A DNA stretch of 64,000 bases from a virus, in IMG/VR virus record IMGVR_UViG_3300047546_001263, positions 37,261-101,260 of that record; one strand, given 5' to 3'. Below the pieces are notes generated by a model. The model was given only the letters and a program-made list of their open reading frames with translations. It searched no databases and was not told the DNA's origin. Every line of letters starts with the position of its first letter. Positions within the stretch are counted from its first letter, which is position 1. The translations under genes were made by a program, and so were the position numbers. Shown piece by piece: positions 28,718 to 38,834 of the stretch.

Positions 28718-29644
28718 TTAAATTAACTTTGGTATTTTATTTGAGGTTCTCTTTTCGGAAAAAGTGGTTAAGTGTTCTAAGATTTGATTAGCAAATAATT
28801 CTTGACTAAGTGGTCCTGGGTGAGCGCCGTCTCTAGCAAATCCATCTTTTATATTTTTATGATTTTCTAAAAATTCAAAGTAAGGTAGTGTTTGTTTTTT
28901 AGTCAAGTATTTTTTCTTTAGATACTCATATAAGGGAAAATCCCACGAGCTGTAGAATGTTTCAATATTATTAGCTTTTGCAATTGCATCAATATGAGAA
29001 ACATTTTTTATTGCATTATAGATTTGTACTTCTTCTGTAGCATACGTATAATACTGTTCCCACTTATCTTCTATATGGTGAGGGTGTACATTCGGAATTA
29101 AGTTATAGTAATGCGTGCCCCTCTTTTGCACATGTTCTACATATTCCTCTCTCCAGTGTGTAGGTAATAGGAAGATTGCTATATCTATCTGATATACATC
29201 AGTAAGGTATTTAAAAAGTTTTAAAGATTTTGTAATACTACCGCCTGGGTATCCTAAATTAATAAGTTGAATTGGTTTATCTGTTTTTAACGACTGTTTA
29301 ACTAAAGCATGCCAAGTTTTATCTTCGTCTATACCTACACCGAATGTAAAACTACAACCAAATACTGCGATTTTTAAATGATCTGGTTTTGGATTGTTTA
29401 TAGACCAATCTCCTCTACACGCATAATCATTTATATAATACCTGACATCTTCAAATCTCAATTTCGTTTTATTATCTTCTATAGCTTTTATTGTCTGAGT
29501 CTGTTCAGAATAAGAAGTAAATTGAGTAAATCGATTTAACGCTCCTGTAGCCCAAGGATCTAAGGTCATAATAGTCTTATACTCTAACCTTAAAACTTCA
29601 CAGAAGTGTTTAATACTTTCTATATTCCAAATTATATCATTCAT
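28718..29644 (-). CDS. SGNH/GDSL-like hydrolase or acyltransferase
   Basis: AVFGCSFTFG (block I), NLGYPGGS (block II), RDGAHPG (DxxH). Confidence 0.7.
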   Translation of the reverse strand: MNDIIWNIESIKHFCEVLRLEYKTIMTLDPWATGALNRFTQFTSYSEQTQTIKAIEDNKTKLRFEDVRYYINDYACRGDWSINNPKPDHLKIAVFGCSFTFGVGIDEDKTWHALVKQSLKTDKPIQLINLGYPGGSITKSLKLFKYLTDVYQIDIAIFLLPTHWREEYVEHVQKRGTHYYNLIPNVHPHHIEDKWEQYYTYATEEVQIYNAIKNVSHIDAIAKANNIETFYSSWDFPLYEYLKKKYLTKKQTLPYFEFLENHKNIKDGFARDGAHPGPLSQELFANQILEHLTTFSEKRTSNKIPKLI

Positions 29645-30918
29645 TAAAAGTAGGGTTTAAATTCTGGGTTGAGTTTTAGAAAATCCTGGTTGCGAACTTT
29701 ATCTAAATCTTTTGTTACTGTTATAAATCGTTTGAAAAACTCAGGGTTACCTTCTTTCTTATTCATGATATCTAATAATGATTCCCATCCGGAAAATGGT
29801 ATGCCGTATTTATTTTCCATACTTCTACCGTACTTAGTTATCTTTTCTGTGGCTAATTCTTTTAACTCGTTTGGTAGAGTTTCTAAAGCGTAGTACATCG
29901 GAAAGAATACCGGGTTGATATGAAACCTACTAGTAAAGTAATGACTAGGATCAAAAGGATATTGCTCGTGAGGCTTTTTGTGAATAGGAATTAGCCCCAT
30001 ATCAAAAAACTCTTTATGCATTTGATCTATTCGAAATATATTCAAAAGGCTAATTGTAGGGTGTAGCCAGAAATCAATACCTGCTTCGTTTATCTTTAGT
30101 AGATTTTCTTTCGTCTTAGCCCACTTTCCGTTGTGTCTAACTAGTTCAAAAAGATCTCCAGTCCCGTCTATAGATAAACTAAGATGGACATGCTTAAACT
30201 TTTTCCAAATATCAATAATGTTTCTACCTTTATTTTCCAACATTGTAGCATTAGTAGAATACTTTAACTTAACATCGTATAAGTTACGTTCTTCTAACAT
30301 CTGTATAATTTTCCAATGCTCGGGCATAATTAGAGGTTCACCTCCTGCGAAATGTATTTCTTTTGCACTATGAATAGTCTCTTCTATATTCTGCCAAAAA
30401 CTATCCGCATTATCTAGATTTATTAATCCTAAGTGTTCAGACTTGTCCCCAAACACTTGAATAAAATCTTTAGTCCAAGCTGTACTAAATAGAGGTGAGC
30501 AGGTTCTACATGCTAGGTTACAGTAGTTACTAAATCTAAAATCCCAATAAAGTAATCTAAGTTCATCAATACTCCCATCTTCCTTAGTATTCTCAACTAA
30601 GTCCTCTATCTGATCGAACCAATGATCATTCATACCAATTCTCATACTTCCCATTCCGGACTTTTCTTTACTTACACATCTATGACAAGATGCCGGTAAA
30701 GGTTTTCCTTCAAGCATTCCTTTGCGCATTGATTTAGCCTTCTCACTATTCATGATATCGAATAAAGAAGTATCGTTCACGTTCCCTAAAGTAGACTGGT
30801 TATCTACTGGGGTCATACAACATGGATATGTTCTACCGTCATTCACTACGTGTAAGTGCATCCATAATGCAGAGCAGAAATTTTCTGATTTTTTATAATC
30901 TTTAGTTGAATTGCTCAT
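29644..30918 (-). CDS. Radical SAM enzyme with N-terminal Twitch/SPASM-like domain
   Basis: FCSALW..PCC..CHRC, then CNLACRTC, FAGGEPL, STN, SIDG. Confidence 0.9.
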   Translation of the reverse strand: MSNSTKDYKKSENFCSALWMHLHVVNDGRTYPCCMTPVDNQSTLGNVNDTSLFDIMNSEKAKSMRKGMLEGKPLPASCHRCVSKEKSGMGSMRIGMNDHWFDQIEDLVENTKEDGSIDELRLLYWDFRFSNYCNLACRTCSPLFSTAWTKDFIQVFGDKSEHLGLINLDNADSFWQNIEETIHSAKEIHFAGGEPLIMPEHWKIIQMLEERNLYDVKLKYSTNATMLENKGRNIIDIWKKFKHVHLSLSIDGTGDLFELVRHNGKWAKTKENLLKINEAGIDFWLHPTISLLNIFRIDQMHKEFFDMGLIPIHKKPHEQYPFDPSHYFTSRFHINPVFFPMYYALETLPNELKELATEKITKYGRSMENKYGIPFSGWESLLDIMNKKEGNPEFFKRFITVTKDLDKVRNQDFLKLNPEFKPYF

Positions 30919-32248
30919 TCAATATTCTTTTTAATATAAATACTTCAGCTCTACTAGCTTGTATCATATGTTTATAATTATGTGTAAGTATATTACTCAT
31001 CTGTTTAGTCATCTCTAGTAACTCTTTAGGAGTTTTCTCAACTAAATCTTTCATAATATCTATAATCTTTTCTAACCTTTTGCTAAAGTTCTTTTCTTTA
31101 TCATAAGATTCATCCCAAAAGTCCCCAAATGTTTTAAACCCTAGTTTCTGTAATTCTTCAAGAGTTCCCGGGTTACCAAGAACGATAAAAGGTTGGCAGC
31201 AAAAAATAGGTTTAAATATCTTTTCAGATAAAAATATAGTATCTTCTTCAAACAATGTTTCTGTAAATACGTTTACAAAAGTATTTAGATGAAGAGTTTC
31301 GTTTAGGTTAAAAGCTAGGTTGTAGTTTAAGTTTGAATCTACAAAGTAGTCTTCGTTATTATCGTAGTTGTTAATAAAATCTAATCCCGATTGTTTGTTG
31401 TGTTTATAGTTATCAGGTACAAATGCATCATATAAAGTCATCCAAGGATTATCGTATAGTCTATCCCAATGGTGTTTATCTGCTGATTGATTAGCGTCTA
31501 AGTTACGACTACCCATGCTTAAGACTGTCGAATCTTTTAGTTGCGGGTCTTTTGCAATTTCTGTAAATAATAAAATCCTATGTGTTCTAGGTCTTCTATT
31601 TAGTGAGAGAAATCTTTTAGGCTTTGGGTAAGTTGTAACATACTTTCTTTTATCTTCAAAAGCGATTTGAAGTAACTGGTCGTTACTTTCATCTAGAAGG
31701 TCTTCTTTAATAAACCATGGATTAAGTAAAAAGTAGTTACAGGTTTTTACTGTAAAAAGAGCATTGTCGGGTTCTTCGTAATTCCACTTTAAGTTATTGG
31801 ACAATACTAATACGTCTTCTTTCTGAAAATTATACTTTAATGCAAACTTATTGAGAGCTTCTATTTCATTTACATCTGTTTTTTTAAAATCTCCTTCAAA
31901 TAAATGACTTAAAAGAATCTTAGCTTGTTTATTTTTAACCGCATTAACAATCGTATCGCTCAGCTTATAGTAAGTTTCATCACTAAGTCTACTGAAAGCA
32001 ACTTTATCTCTCAATAAAATAGCGTACATAAACTTTTCAGAACCTTTTATTAAATTATCCACAGTATCATGTCCAAAGCCATGCTCTCGGTAGTCTAAGT
32101 GTTTCTTAAAAAGAAAACCATATACATTATACTTTGCTAATTCATTATAAGTTCGAGGTAAATCTTCTGCCCCTACCTTCCCATTTGGGAGTGGATAGGG
32201 GTTTGGATATTCTTCTAAGTCTACGTATTTGTCAAATCCGAATTTCAT
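30902..32248 (-). CDS. Putative GT-B glycosyltransferase (GT10/exostosin-like C-terminus)
   Basis: FLSLNRRPRTHR..VFTET..LSEKIFKPI..PFIVLG..LQKLGFKTF..WDESYD. Confidence 0.5.
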   Translation of the reverse strand: MKFGFDKYVDLEEYPNPYPLPNGKVGAEDLPRTYNELAKYNVYGFLFKKHLDYREHGFGHDTVDNLIKGSEKFMYAILLRDKVAFSRLSDETYYKLSDTIVNAVKNKQAKILLSHLFEGDFKKTDVNEIEALNKFALKYNFQKEDVLVLSNNLKWNYEEPDNALFTVKTCNYFLLNPWFIKEDLLDESNDQLLQIAFEDKRKYVTTYPKPKRFLSLNRRPRTHRILLFTEIAKDPQLKDSTVLSMGSRNLDANQSADKHHWDRLYDNPWMTLYDAFVPDNYKHNKQSGLDFINNYDNNEDYFVDSNLNYNLAFNLNETLHLNTFVNVFTETLFEEDTIFLSEKIFKPIFCCQPFIVLGNPGTLEELQKLGFKTFGDFWDESYDKEKNFSKRLEKIIDIMKDLVEKTPKELLEMTKQMSNILTHNYKHMIQASRAEVFILKRILNEQFN

Positions 32249-33867
32249 ATCAACTTATGTTTAATGCCCGGTCCGTTTAGATCAGATTCTTTCTTTAGCA
32301 AGTCAATCAAATCAATCATATCGTCTTGCTGCTGATTATCTGGTTCTATGTAATCTTGTGAACCTGGGTTATGCCATTGTGGATTTAATACCCATCCTTC
32401 TTCTTTAGCTTTCTTTAAAACGTCGTGTACGTATCTGTTTGATTTAGCATCATCTCCGTCTATTACCTCTTTAAGAGCATCTAGCTTAGTCTCAGGTATA
32501 GTATCCCACCATTTTTTAATTTCTGGGAAAGCTTTAATGATATCTTTATTTCGTCTTACATCGTACTGAGCATAAAAAGATTTAAAATCTCTTTCTCTAC
32601 TTTCCAAAGACGAAGTAAAAGCATGACCTGTATCTACCTGTTTGATATATTCTATCATCCTAAGTATACCGTCTCTTTCCATATCTAATAATCCGTTAGA
32701 GCCTCCTTTCCAGTTTGCTTCTAACCATTTTTCAATATGAGCTGCTCTCTCCATTCTGATATAAACAGGAAGTGTTACTATAGACTGGAATGAAGGAAAA
32801 CGTAATATATTAAATGACATAATAGCCGCATGAGCTCCATGTTTTGCTTTTAACTTTAACATCTCATCCATAAATTCTGTAATTGAGAATAAACATAATC
32901 CGTTTATAGTCATCATTACGTTTACAGATTTCACATTTGCTTCTTCGTTAACTCGGTACATATTTTGTAACCAAGTTTTCCACTCAAGTCCGTATCTAAT
33001 ATACTCAGCTTGTAGACCTGTAGCTTCACAAGATGTATATAAGTTAAATTCTTTAAAACTATGAGTAGCATCTATAAGAGCATCTAATAGTTCTTTCTTT
33101 TGACCTAAGTTCGAGTTTACTGCAAATGGTACTTCACATTGTGGGTTTTTCTTCCACCAATCCATTAACTTCCAAAAGTCAGGAGACATAGTAGGCTCTC
33201 CTCCAGTTACTCTTAACTCTCGTAAAGAGAATTGTAATTCTGCTTCCCACCATTTCCAAAATGCTTCAATATAGGGATTACCTTCATTCTTTCTTCCATA
33301 AGGCATTGCATGTCTTCCATCGTGTTGAAAGGCTCCAGCGCCGTCTGAGACTAAGTTCTGATACGGCCCAAACTTCTTTATATCATTTTGCCATGTAGTC
33401 GAAAAAGAAGCATTACAGTAAGAGCATCCAAAATTACAATTAGGATCAAAAGCAATCTCAAGTGTCTTAAGGTCAACATCTTCTGTATAACCTAAACTAC
33501 CTTTAGCTTCTTTTAATTCCTCATCTGTATAGATTACTGATTTATATACCCTATCTGATACTTTATCAGGTCCTAAGTCTTCTATCTTCCAACAGTATTC
33601 ACATTCTTTAGGTCGCTCACCTTCCATCATTTGCTTTCTAATAGCTTTCTTGTAGGTAGTGTTGTGAATTGCTTTGTATGACTTAGCAACTTCTTCTAAA
33701 GGTATCTTATGTGCAGGTGGGTGATGACAACTGGCTGTTGTACCGTTACCTAACCATATGGTAGCATTGTACCATTTAGCACCACAAAAGGATTGGGATA
33801 GTTTATTTATAACCCTTTCTCTATATTCTTGGAACGATTCATCGTCCTTTTTTGCGAAAACTCCCAT
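32245..33867 (-). CDS. Radical SAM enzyme with N-terminal Twitch/SPASM-like domain
   Basis: FCGAKW..SCHHP..CEYCW, then CNFGCSYC, VTGGEP. Confidence 0.9.
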   Translation of the reverse strand: MGVFAKKDDESFQEYRERVINKLSQSFCGAKWYNATIWLGNGTTASCHHPPAHKIPLEEVAKSYKAIHNTTYKKAIRKQMMEGERPKECEYCWKIEDLGPDKVSDRVYKSVIYTDEELKEAKGSLGYTEDVDLKTLEIAFDPNCNFGCSYCNASFSTTWQNDIKKFGPYQNLVSDGAGAFQHDGRHAMPYGRKNEGNPYIEAFWKWWEAELQFSLRELRVTGGEPTMSPDFWKLMDWWKKNPQCEVPFAVNSNLGQKKELLDALIDATHSFKEFNLYTSCEATGLQAEYIRYGLEWKTWLQNMYRVNEEANVKSVNVMMTINGLCLFSITEFMDEMLKLKAKHGAHAAIMSFNILRFPSFQSIVTLPVYIRMERAAHIEKWLEANWKGGSNGLLDMERDGILRMIEYIKQVDTGHAFTSSLESRERDFKSFYAQYDVRRNKDIIKAFPEIKKWWDTIPETKLDALKEVIDGDDAKSNRYVHDVLKKAKEEGWVLNPQWHNPGSQDYIEPDNQQQDDMIDLIDLLKKESDLNGPGIKHKLI

Positions 33868-34451
33868 TATAATTTATGTATAAAATTTAGGTTACCGGAA
33901 ATGTCAACAGACTTGTCAAATATAAACTCTTCAAAAGTATGATGAGATATGACTCCTGTTATTCCTTTTAATATAAATTCATGAAGATCTAAATCTACAT
34001 AATTAAGGTTGAAGTTATTTTTAGGGAAGTTGCCTGCTCCAAATATAATATGCGGGCTATTATCTATTCCAAAAACCTTATTATCTAAATTAATTTCTTC
34101 AATTAATTGCTTATTAATAAATATTCTTAAATACTTATTTGGCAGGTGTGTTAATGTTAGTAAAACTTCTTCTCCTTCCTTGATTAAAGAAGGTAAGTTG
34201 ATATACGAAGTTTCTTCTTCTGTAGTATATGCAAAAACCATTCCTTCTGAATGGATATCTAATCCTGTATATTTAGGTAATAGTGCAAATATAGTTTTTC
34301 TTTCTACAGGTTTTTCTTTTAATGTAAACCTGATATCAAACTCAAAATAGCAATCTCCTCTTAATATCCTATTTCCAGGATTTTCAGGAAAGGTATCACA
34401 GATACTACTTGGCCAAAATACCCATGGTTCCCCTTTATTTAATTTTAACAT
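33867..34451 (-). CDS. Stand-alone LamG/concanavalin A-like domain protein
   Basis: Beta-rich; LRIFIN..IIFGAGN..DISGNLN resembles the LamG inserts of the neighbouring GT7 proteins. Confidence 0.5.
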   Translation of the reverse strand: MLKLNKGEPWVFWPSSICDTFPENPGNRILRGDCYFEFDIRFTLKEKPVERKTIFALLPKYTGLDIHSEGMVFAYTTEEETSYINLPSLIKEGEEVLLTLTHLPNKYLRIFINKQLIEEINLDNKVFGIDNSPHIIFGAGNFPKNNFNLNYVDLDLHEFILKGITGVISHHTFEEFIFDKSVDISGNLNFIHKL

Positions 34452-35805
34452 AAAATTCGTTTAGTTCAGGGAATGTCTCTAAAAAGTTAGTTCCTCTTCT
34501 TTTATCTAACTCATCTACAAATATAACAAAATCTTTTCTATTTCTTTCTATATCAAAATCATCTTCTGAAGTAGCGTAGTCATAAATGCGTTTTATTTTT
34601 TGAATCTCTACATTAGAGAATCCGTAATTGTCTTTTGTAAATTCCTTTATACCGTAATATAAGGCTTTTTCTGCAGACTTCAAAATTAATGTTTTATGTT
34701 CTGGTTCTAATATCTTAACAGAAAGGTGTGTTGGCCACCTCAAGTAAGATGTATCTAGTTGTAAAGCAGATATCCAATACCTTTGTCCATTAGCATGTTT
34801 CTTTTTCATCTCAAAAGTCTTATCAATCAACTCGTCGTAACTAAATACAGAAAGTGCATTGAATGTCGCCATGATATTGATAGTAACTTTTGGTAAGGCG
34901 GTTAATATCTTATCTACATTACTCCAGAACCTATCATACTCTAATCCATACCTTGTATACTCTGCTTGAGCACCTTTTGCTTCTACTGAAGTAAAGATAG
35001 TTAATTCTCTTACTTTATCATTTTCACAAAGGTCTTTAGCAATTTCAATAAACCTGTCAATTAGGTTATCCGGGACGCCAAGGTTAGAGTTAATTGATAA
35101 AGATAGATTTGGATTCTTATGGTAATGATCTTGTATGTATTCTAGAACTTTAAAAGTATCTTTTGATAATAAAGGTTCACCACCTGTAATTCTAAAGGTA
35201 TGTAAATCTTTGTATAAGTCCGGCCACCATTTCCAAAATGCTTCTACATAAGGATTAAGATCGGAATGTTTATAAGGCATCTCTCCTCTTGCCTGTATAT
35301 TGCTGATATCATTAAAATTGTAGCTAGTTGGGTATGCCCCGTGTTTCTCAATCTCTTCTACCCATTTGGATGAATACTGTGGCCCACAATAAGCACACTT
35401 GAAGTTACAGGTATTTGAGAAAGATACTTCTACATATCTTGGATTGTAATCTTCTCTCCAGTGGCTATCTTTTATCTTATCAAATTGATCTAATGACCAT
35501 GGTTCTGAAGATTTAAAAACTCTATCGGAAAATGAATTAGAACTTTCTTCTACTTTCCAGCAATAGTTACATTCTTCTGGTTTTCCTCCTTCCAACATTT
35601 CTCTCCTCTTCTGCTTTTTATAGGAAGTGTTATGTAGAGCAGAAGGATTTCTTTCTACCTCCTTTAAAGGTATTTTATGTGGTGATGGGTGGTGACAAGA
35701 GTGTGTCATTCCCATTCCTAAGTGCATAGTAACTTGAGTCCATTTTGCTAAACAAAACCCACATCCTACTCCGTCTAGTTTATTTTTTACTTCTTGTAAA
35801 CTCAT
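34435..35805 (-). CDS. Radical SAM enzyme with N-terminal Twitch/SPASM-like domain (paralogue of 32245-33867)
   Basis: FCLAKW..SCHHP..CNYCW, then CNFKCAYC, ITGGEPL. Confidence 0.9.
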   Translation of the reverse strand: MSLQEVKNKLDGVGCGFCLAKWTQVTMHLGMGMTHSCHHPSPHKIPLKEVERNPSALHNTSYKKQKRREMLEGGKPEECNYCWKVEESSNSFSDRVFKSSEPWSLDQFDKIKDSHWREDYNPRYVEVSFSNTCNFKCAYCGPQYSSKWVEEIEKHGAYPTSYNFNDISNIQARGEMPYKHSDLNPYVEAFWKWWPDLYKDLHTFRITGGEPLLSKDTFKVLEYIQDHYHKNPNLSLSINSNLGVPDNLIDRFIEIAKDLCENDKVRELTIFTSVEAKGAQAEYTRYGLEYDRFWSNVDKILTALPKVTINIMATFNALSVFSYDELIDKTFEMKKKHANGQRYWISALQLDTSYLRWPTHLSVKILEPEHKTLILKSAEKALYYGIKEFTKDNYGFSNVEIQKIKRIYDYATSEDDFDIERNRKDFVIFVDELDKRRGTNFLETFPELNEFYVKIK

Positions 35806-37220
35806 AGGGTTATATTTAACATTTTAGCCCAAGGAGTTAATTGCTTTTCTTCTACTAGGGTATATTGAACTTGTTTTATTCCGTCTTCTTTATAGTTAAC
35901 TTCTCCTTGCTGCATCTGTAGTACATAACGTCTTTCATTAGCGGCTGTGGTTTCTCCTTTTACAAACCTACCGTTTACGATTCCCTCATCTGGGTGTGGT
36001 AAGCATCTGAATTTACCTTCTACTCTGTACGGTATAATTGAATTAGGTATTCTAAAAGTCTCTTCTTTTTCTTCTACTCCATAACACTCAATTGTTGTTC
36101 TAGGATAATCTACATCTAAGTTTAAAATAAGATCACCTTTAGGTAGATTTAGATGCATAGAAGCTACCTCTGCAGGAGATAAAGCTCGCTTCCAAGCAAA
36201 TACTTTGGCAATATCTCCTTTAAAATACTTTACAGGATTACCTTCTTCTAACGAAGGAGTCATACCTAGGTAAGCAGAGTTTATTCCATAGCTTTTTAAT
36301 TTACCTTCCCATTCTAGTGGGGAAGGGCTTCCAAAGCCTCCTTTAGAGTCTACTTCCGTTCCGTTTAAGTAGAAGTGGGCAGTTTTTGTACTTTCGTTTA
36401 TAACTGCTGTAACCCAGCTCCACTGATTATCATATCTTTTAACCCACATGTAATTATGTGCATCAAAGTTATTCCAAAAAGTTAGAGTCATAGCTCTAGA
36501 ATTATTAAAAGAAATACCGTAATCATATCCCGGTAATCTAAAAATAGGGTATTCTACGTACTTATTATTAGCATCACCTAATAAAAATATAGGGTTCTTT
36601 TCTGGTTGTTGGAATGCTCGTGTTAATACTGAAATAGTATGACTACCTGCTGTTAATCCTCTCATCTCTCTATGAAAAGGAATTTTTACATACGAATCTT
36701 CTCCATTGAATCTCCAGTACTTTTGCTTTAATGGTTGAGGTCCTAGATATGTAACTCGTGTTAAACCTTCTACATGACATCTCCAAAAGAGATCGTCGTC
36801 TTCCATTCCCCAATCCCAGTAGTTATTAGAATACCCATTTGTAGCTTCTACATGTTCTTTAGTAAATAAAACTGCTCCACCAAAGTATTCATGATACTTG
36901 AGTTGATAGTCCATTTGTGAAATCTTAGTAGCAATATGTCGTGGTCCACTTTCAGGGTATGAATAGTCACAATCTTCTTCTGGGATCATATCAATATCAT
37001 GCCATACTATATAATCACATCCGTCTTCGAATGCATGCTTTGCAGCTATATTTTTTGTAGCTCCTCTATTAAACAACTTATCATCTACTTGGTGACAAAA
37101 GTACATCTGAAAGTCTATACCCTGTTCTTTTAAGTATTTACCTACTTTAGGTATAAACTCATGTAGATGTAGTTCTCTATTTCGATAAGGAACACATACC
37201 CCCAATTTATGCTTTGTCAT
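35802..37220 (-). CDS. GT7 (beta-1,4-galactosyltransferase family) glycosyltransferase with inserted LamG-like domain
   Basis: VPYRNR, FNRG, HDIDMIP, YFGG, NGYSNNYWDWGMEDDDL; internal RFNGEDSYV..FYLNG..FKGDIA segment. Confidence 0.88.
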   Translation of the reverse strand: MTKHKLGVCVPYRNRELHLHEFIPKVGKYLKEQGIDFQMYFCHQVDDKLFNRGATKNIAAKHAFEDGCDYIVWHDIDMIPEEDCDYSYPESGPRHIATKISQMDYQLKYHEYFGGAVLFTKEHVEATNGYSNNYWDWGMEDDDLFWRCHVEGLTRVTYLGPQPLKQKYWRFNGEDSYVKIPFHREMRGLTAGSHTISVLTRAFQQPEKNPIFLLGDANNKYVEYPIFRLPGYDYGISFNNSRAMTLTFWNNFDAHNYMWVKRYDNQWSWVTAVINESTKTAHFYLNGTEVDSKGGFGSPSPLEWEGKLKSYGINSAYLGMTPSLEEGNPVKYFKGDIAKVFAWKRALSPAEVASMHLNLPKGDLILNLDVDYPRTTIECYGVEEKEETFRIPNSIIPYRVEGKFRCLPHPDEGIVNGRFVKGETTAANERRYVLQMQQGEVNYKEDGIKQVQYTLVEEKQLTPWAKMLNITL

Positions 37221-38632
37221 AACGTAACTACTAAGTGGTGATAATTATCTTTATTTTTACTCGAAATTGTTTTGTAACGTAATGTACTTAGACCATCGGA
37301 GTCTAAAGTTAGGCCGTCTTTAAGTTTTTCATAGTATCTCATTTGGTTTTCTCTACTAGCCCAGTTAACCCAATAGCCATCTTTATAACCATTTTCTTTA
37401 TGTTTTAATACTTCAAAAGTACTATACCTTCTACTAGGTACTAACTGGATGTATTCTTGAGGTTGGTAGGTTTCTACTAAACTACAATCAATAAGTTGAC
37501 CATCGTTGTTATTACCTGAGAGGTCTTTTATACTATTACCAACTGTATGTCTTCCGTCATAATAGACTTCTAGATCTGTTTGAGGAGAATACTCTCCAAA
37601 CTCTTGAGTCAATCCATACCTTGAGTTATTATTTAATGTTTTAATTTCAACTGTAGTTAATTCTCTACTAAAGATAGCAAATTCTGTAATGTATCCATAA
37701 AAGTATTTTTGCTTCTCTTCACGTAGCGGATTACCGACTCCTAAGTACATATACTTTTCATCCCAGTAAGGATATAGTAAGTCTTTAATTCCTTTTCTAC
37801 CTATTTTTTCTCCATTCAAATAAAACTCTATTTGCTTAGTTCTCGGGTTAATTGTAACAACACTCTTACAAGCTATTGGAGGTAAGTTTTTAGTATGTAT
37901 AGAATGAGGCTCTCCGTACTTATTAAAAGTTTCGAATTTGTAAGTATTAAATGAATTATAAGATAGATTTAGATCCTGCCCTGGGATTGAGTAGATTGCA
38001 AACTCATCTGTAATTTCTGTTGGTGTAGTTTTTACTCTATACGGTTTAAATGTAGTATAGATCGTCAAAGGTTTTCTAAAGTTACAGACATTAGGAAATC
38101 TAACAAGAGAAGTTTCTCCGTTAAATTCTATTCCTATACCGTTAACTCCGTTTTGCTTATAGAACTTATTTCCAAGAGGTATACCTTTTTCTCGACATCT
38201 AGCTAATAAGTCATTATCTTCAAAGCCCCATCCCCAATATTCATTTGAATATCCGTTAATATCTTCAAATTGTGAAATAGGAAATAGAGTAACTCCTCCA
38301 AAATAATCATCTGTAATAGTTCTTTGCACACCTTCTTCGTATACAAATCTATTAGCTAATTGAGTTGGTTTATCTACCGGACTATAATCTACTTTTACAG
38401 GATGCATATCAACGTCATGAAAACACACGTAGGTACACCCTAAAGCTTTAGCTTTTTGAAATCCTATGTTAAGTAATTTACCTCTATTAAAACTTTTAGT
38501 ATCATTTTGTTCTACGATAATGAGTTCATAGTTGATATTAAGTTCAGTAAGGTAACTAGAAATCTTTAATTTAAAATCAAAAAGCTGCTGAGGTCTATTC
38601 TTATAAGGTACTATAATACCAAGTTTATCCAT
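37217..38632 (-). CDS. GT7 glycosyltransferase with inserted LamG-like domain
   Basis: IVPYKNR, FNRGKLLNIGF, FHDVDM, YFGGV, NGYSNEYWGWGFEDNDL; internal EFNGETS..FYLNG..DLSGNNNDG segment. Confidence 0.9.
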   Translation of the reverse strand: MDKLGIIVPYKNRPQQLFDFKLKISSYLTELNINYELIIVEQNDTKSFNRGKLLNIGFQKAKALGCTYVCFHDVDMHPVKVDYSPVDKPTQLANRFVYEEGVQRTITDDYFGGVTLFPISQFEDINGYSNEYWGWGFEDNDLLARCREKGIPLGNKFYKQNGVNGIGIEFNGETSLVRFPNVCNFRKPLTIYTTFKPYRVKTTPTEITDEFAIYSIPGQDLNLSYNSFNTYKFETFNKYGEPHSIHTKNLPPIACKSVVTINPRTKQIEFYLNGEKIGRKGIKDLLYPYWDEKYMYLGVGNPLREEKQKYFYGYITEFAIFSRELTTVEIKTLNNNSRYGLTQEFGEYSPQTDLEVYYDGRHTVGNSIKDLSGNNNDGQLIDCSLVETYQPQEYIQLVPSRRYSTFEVLKHKENGYKDGYWVNWASRENQMRYYEKLKDGLTLDSDGLSTLRYKTISSKNKDNYHHLVVTL

Positions 38633-38834
38633 TTATTGTTGGATCTTTTGGTTGCGCCATTTTATGGAATTCAGTTAAGTAGAATTGGATACGTTCGCTC
38701 CAGTCATCTTTATCTACTTCTTCAAACCAAATAGTTAATGCATCCATAGATGCTGCAATCTTTTCTAAAGCTCTAACCTTTCTTTCTTCTAAAGCGATTA
38801 GATCTAATTCGTCTTGTTTTAGCGTTTTGCTCAT
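38625..38834 (-). CDS. Small hypothetical protein
   Basis: 69-aa ORF overlapping both neighbours (translational coupling). Confidence 0.7.
   Translation of the reverse strand: MSKTLKQDELDLIALEERKVRALEKIAASMDALTIWFEEVDKDDWSERIQFYLTEFHKMAQPKDPTING

Noticed and set aside
38625-38834. 69-aa ORF as a RiPP precursor for the radical SAM enzymes
   Set aside because: It looks like an amphipathic helical protein with no leader/core pattern; no RRE, peptidase or exporter is visible and the neighbours are glycan enzymes. Not excluded, but unsupported
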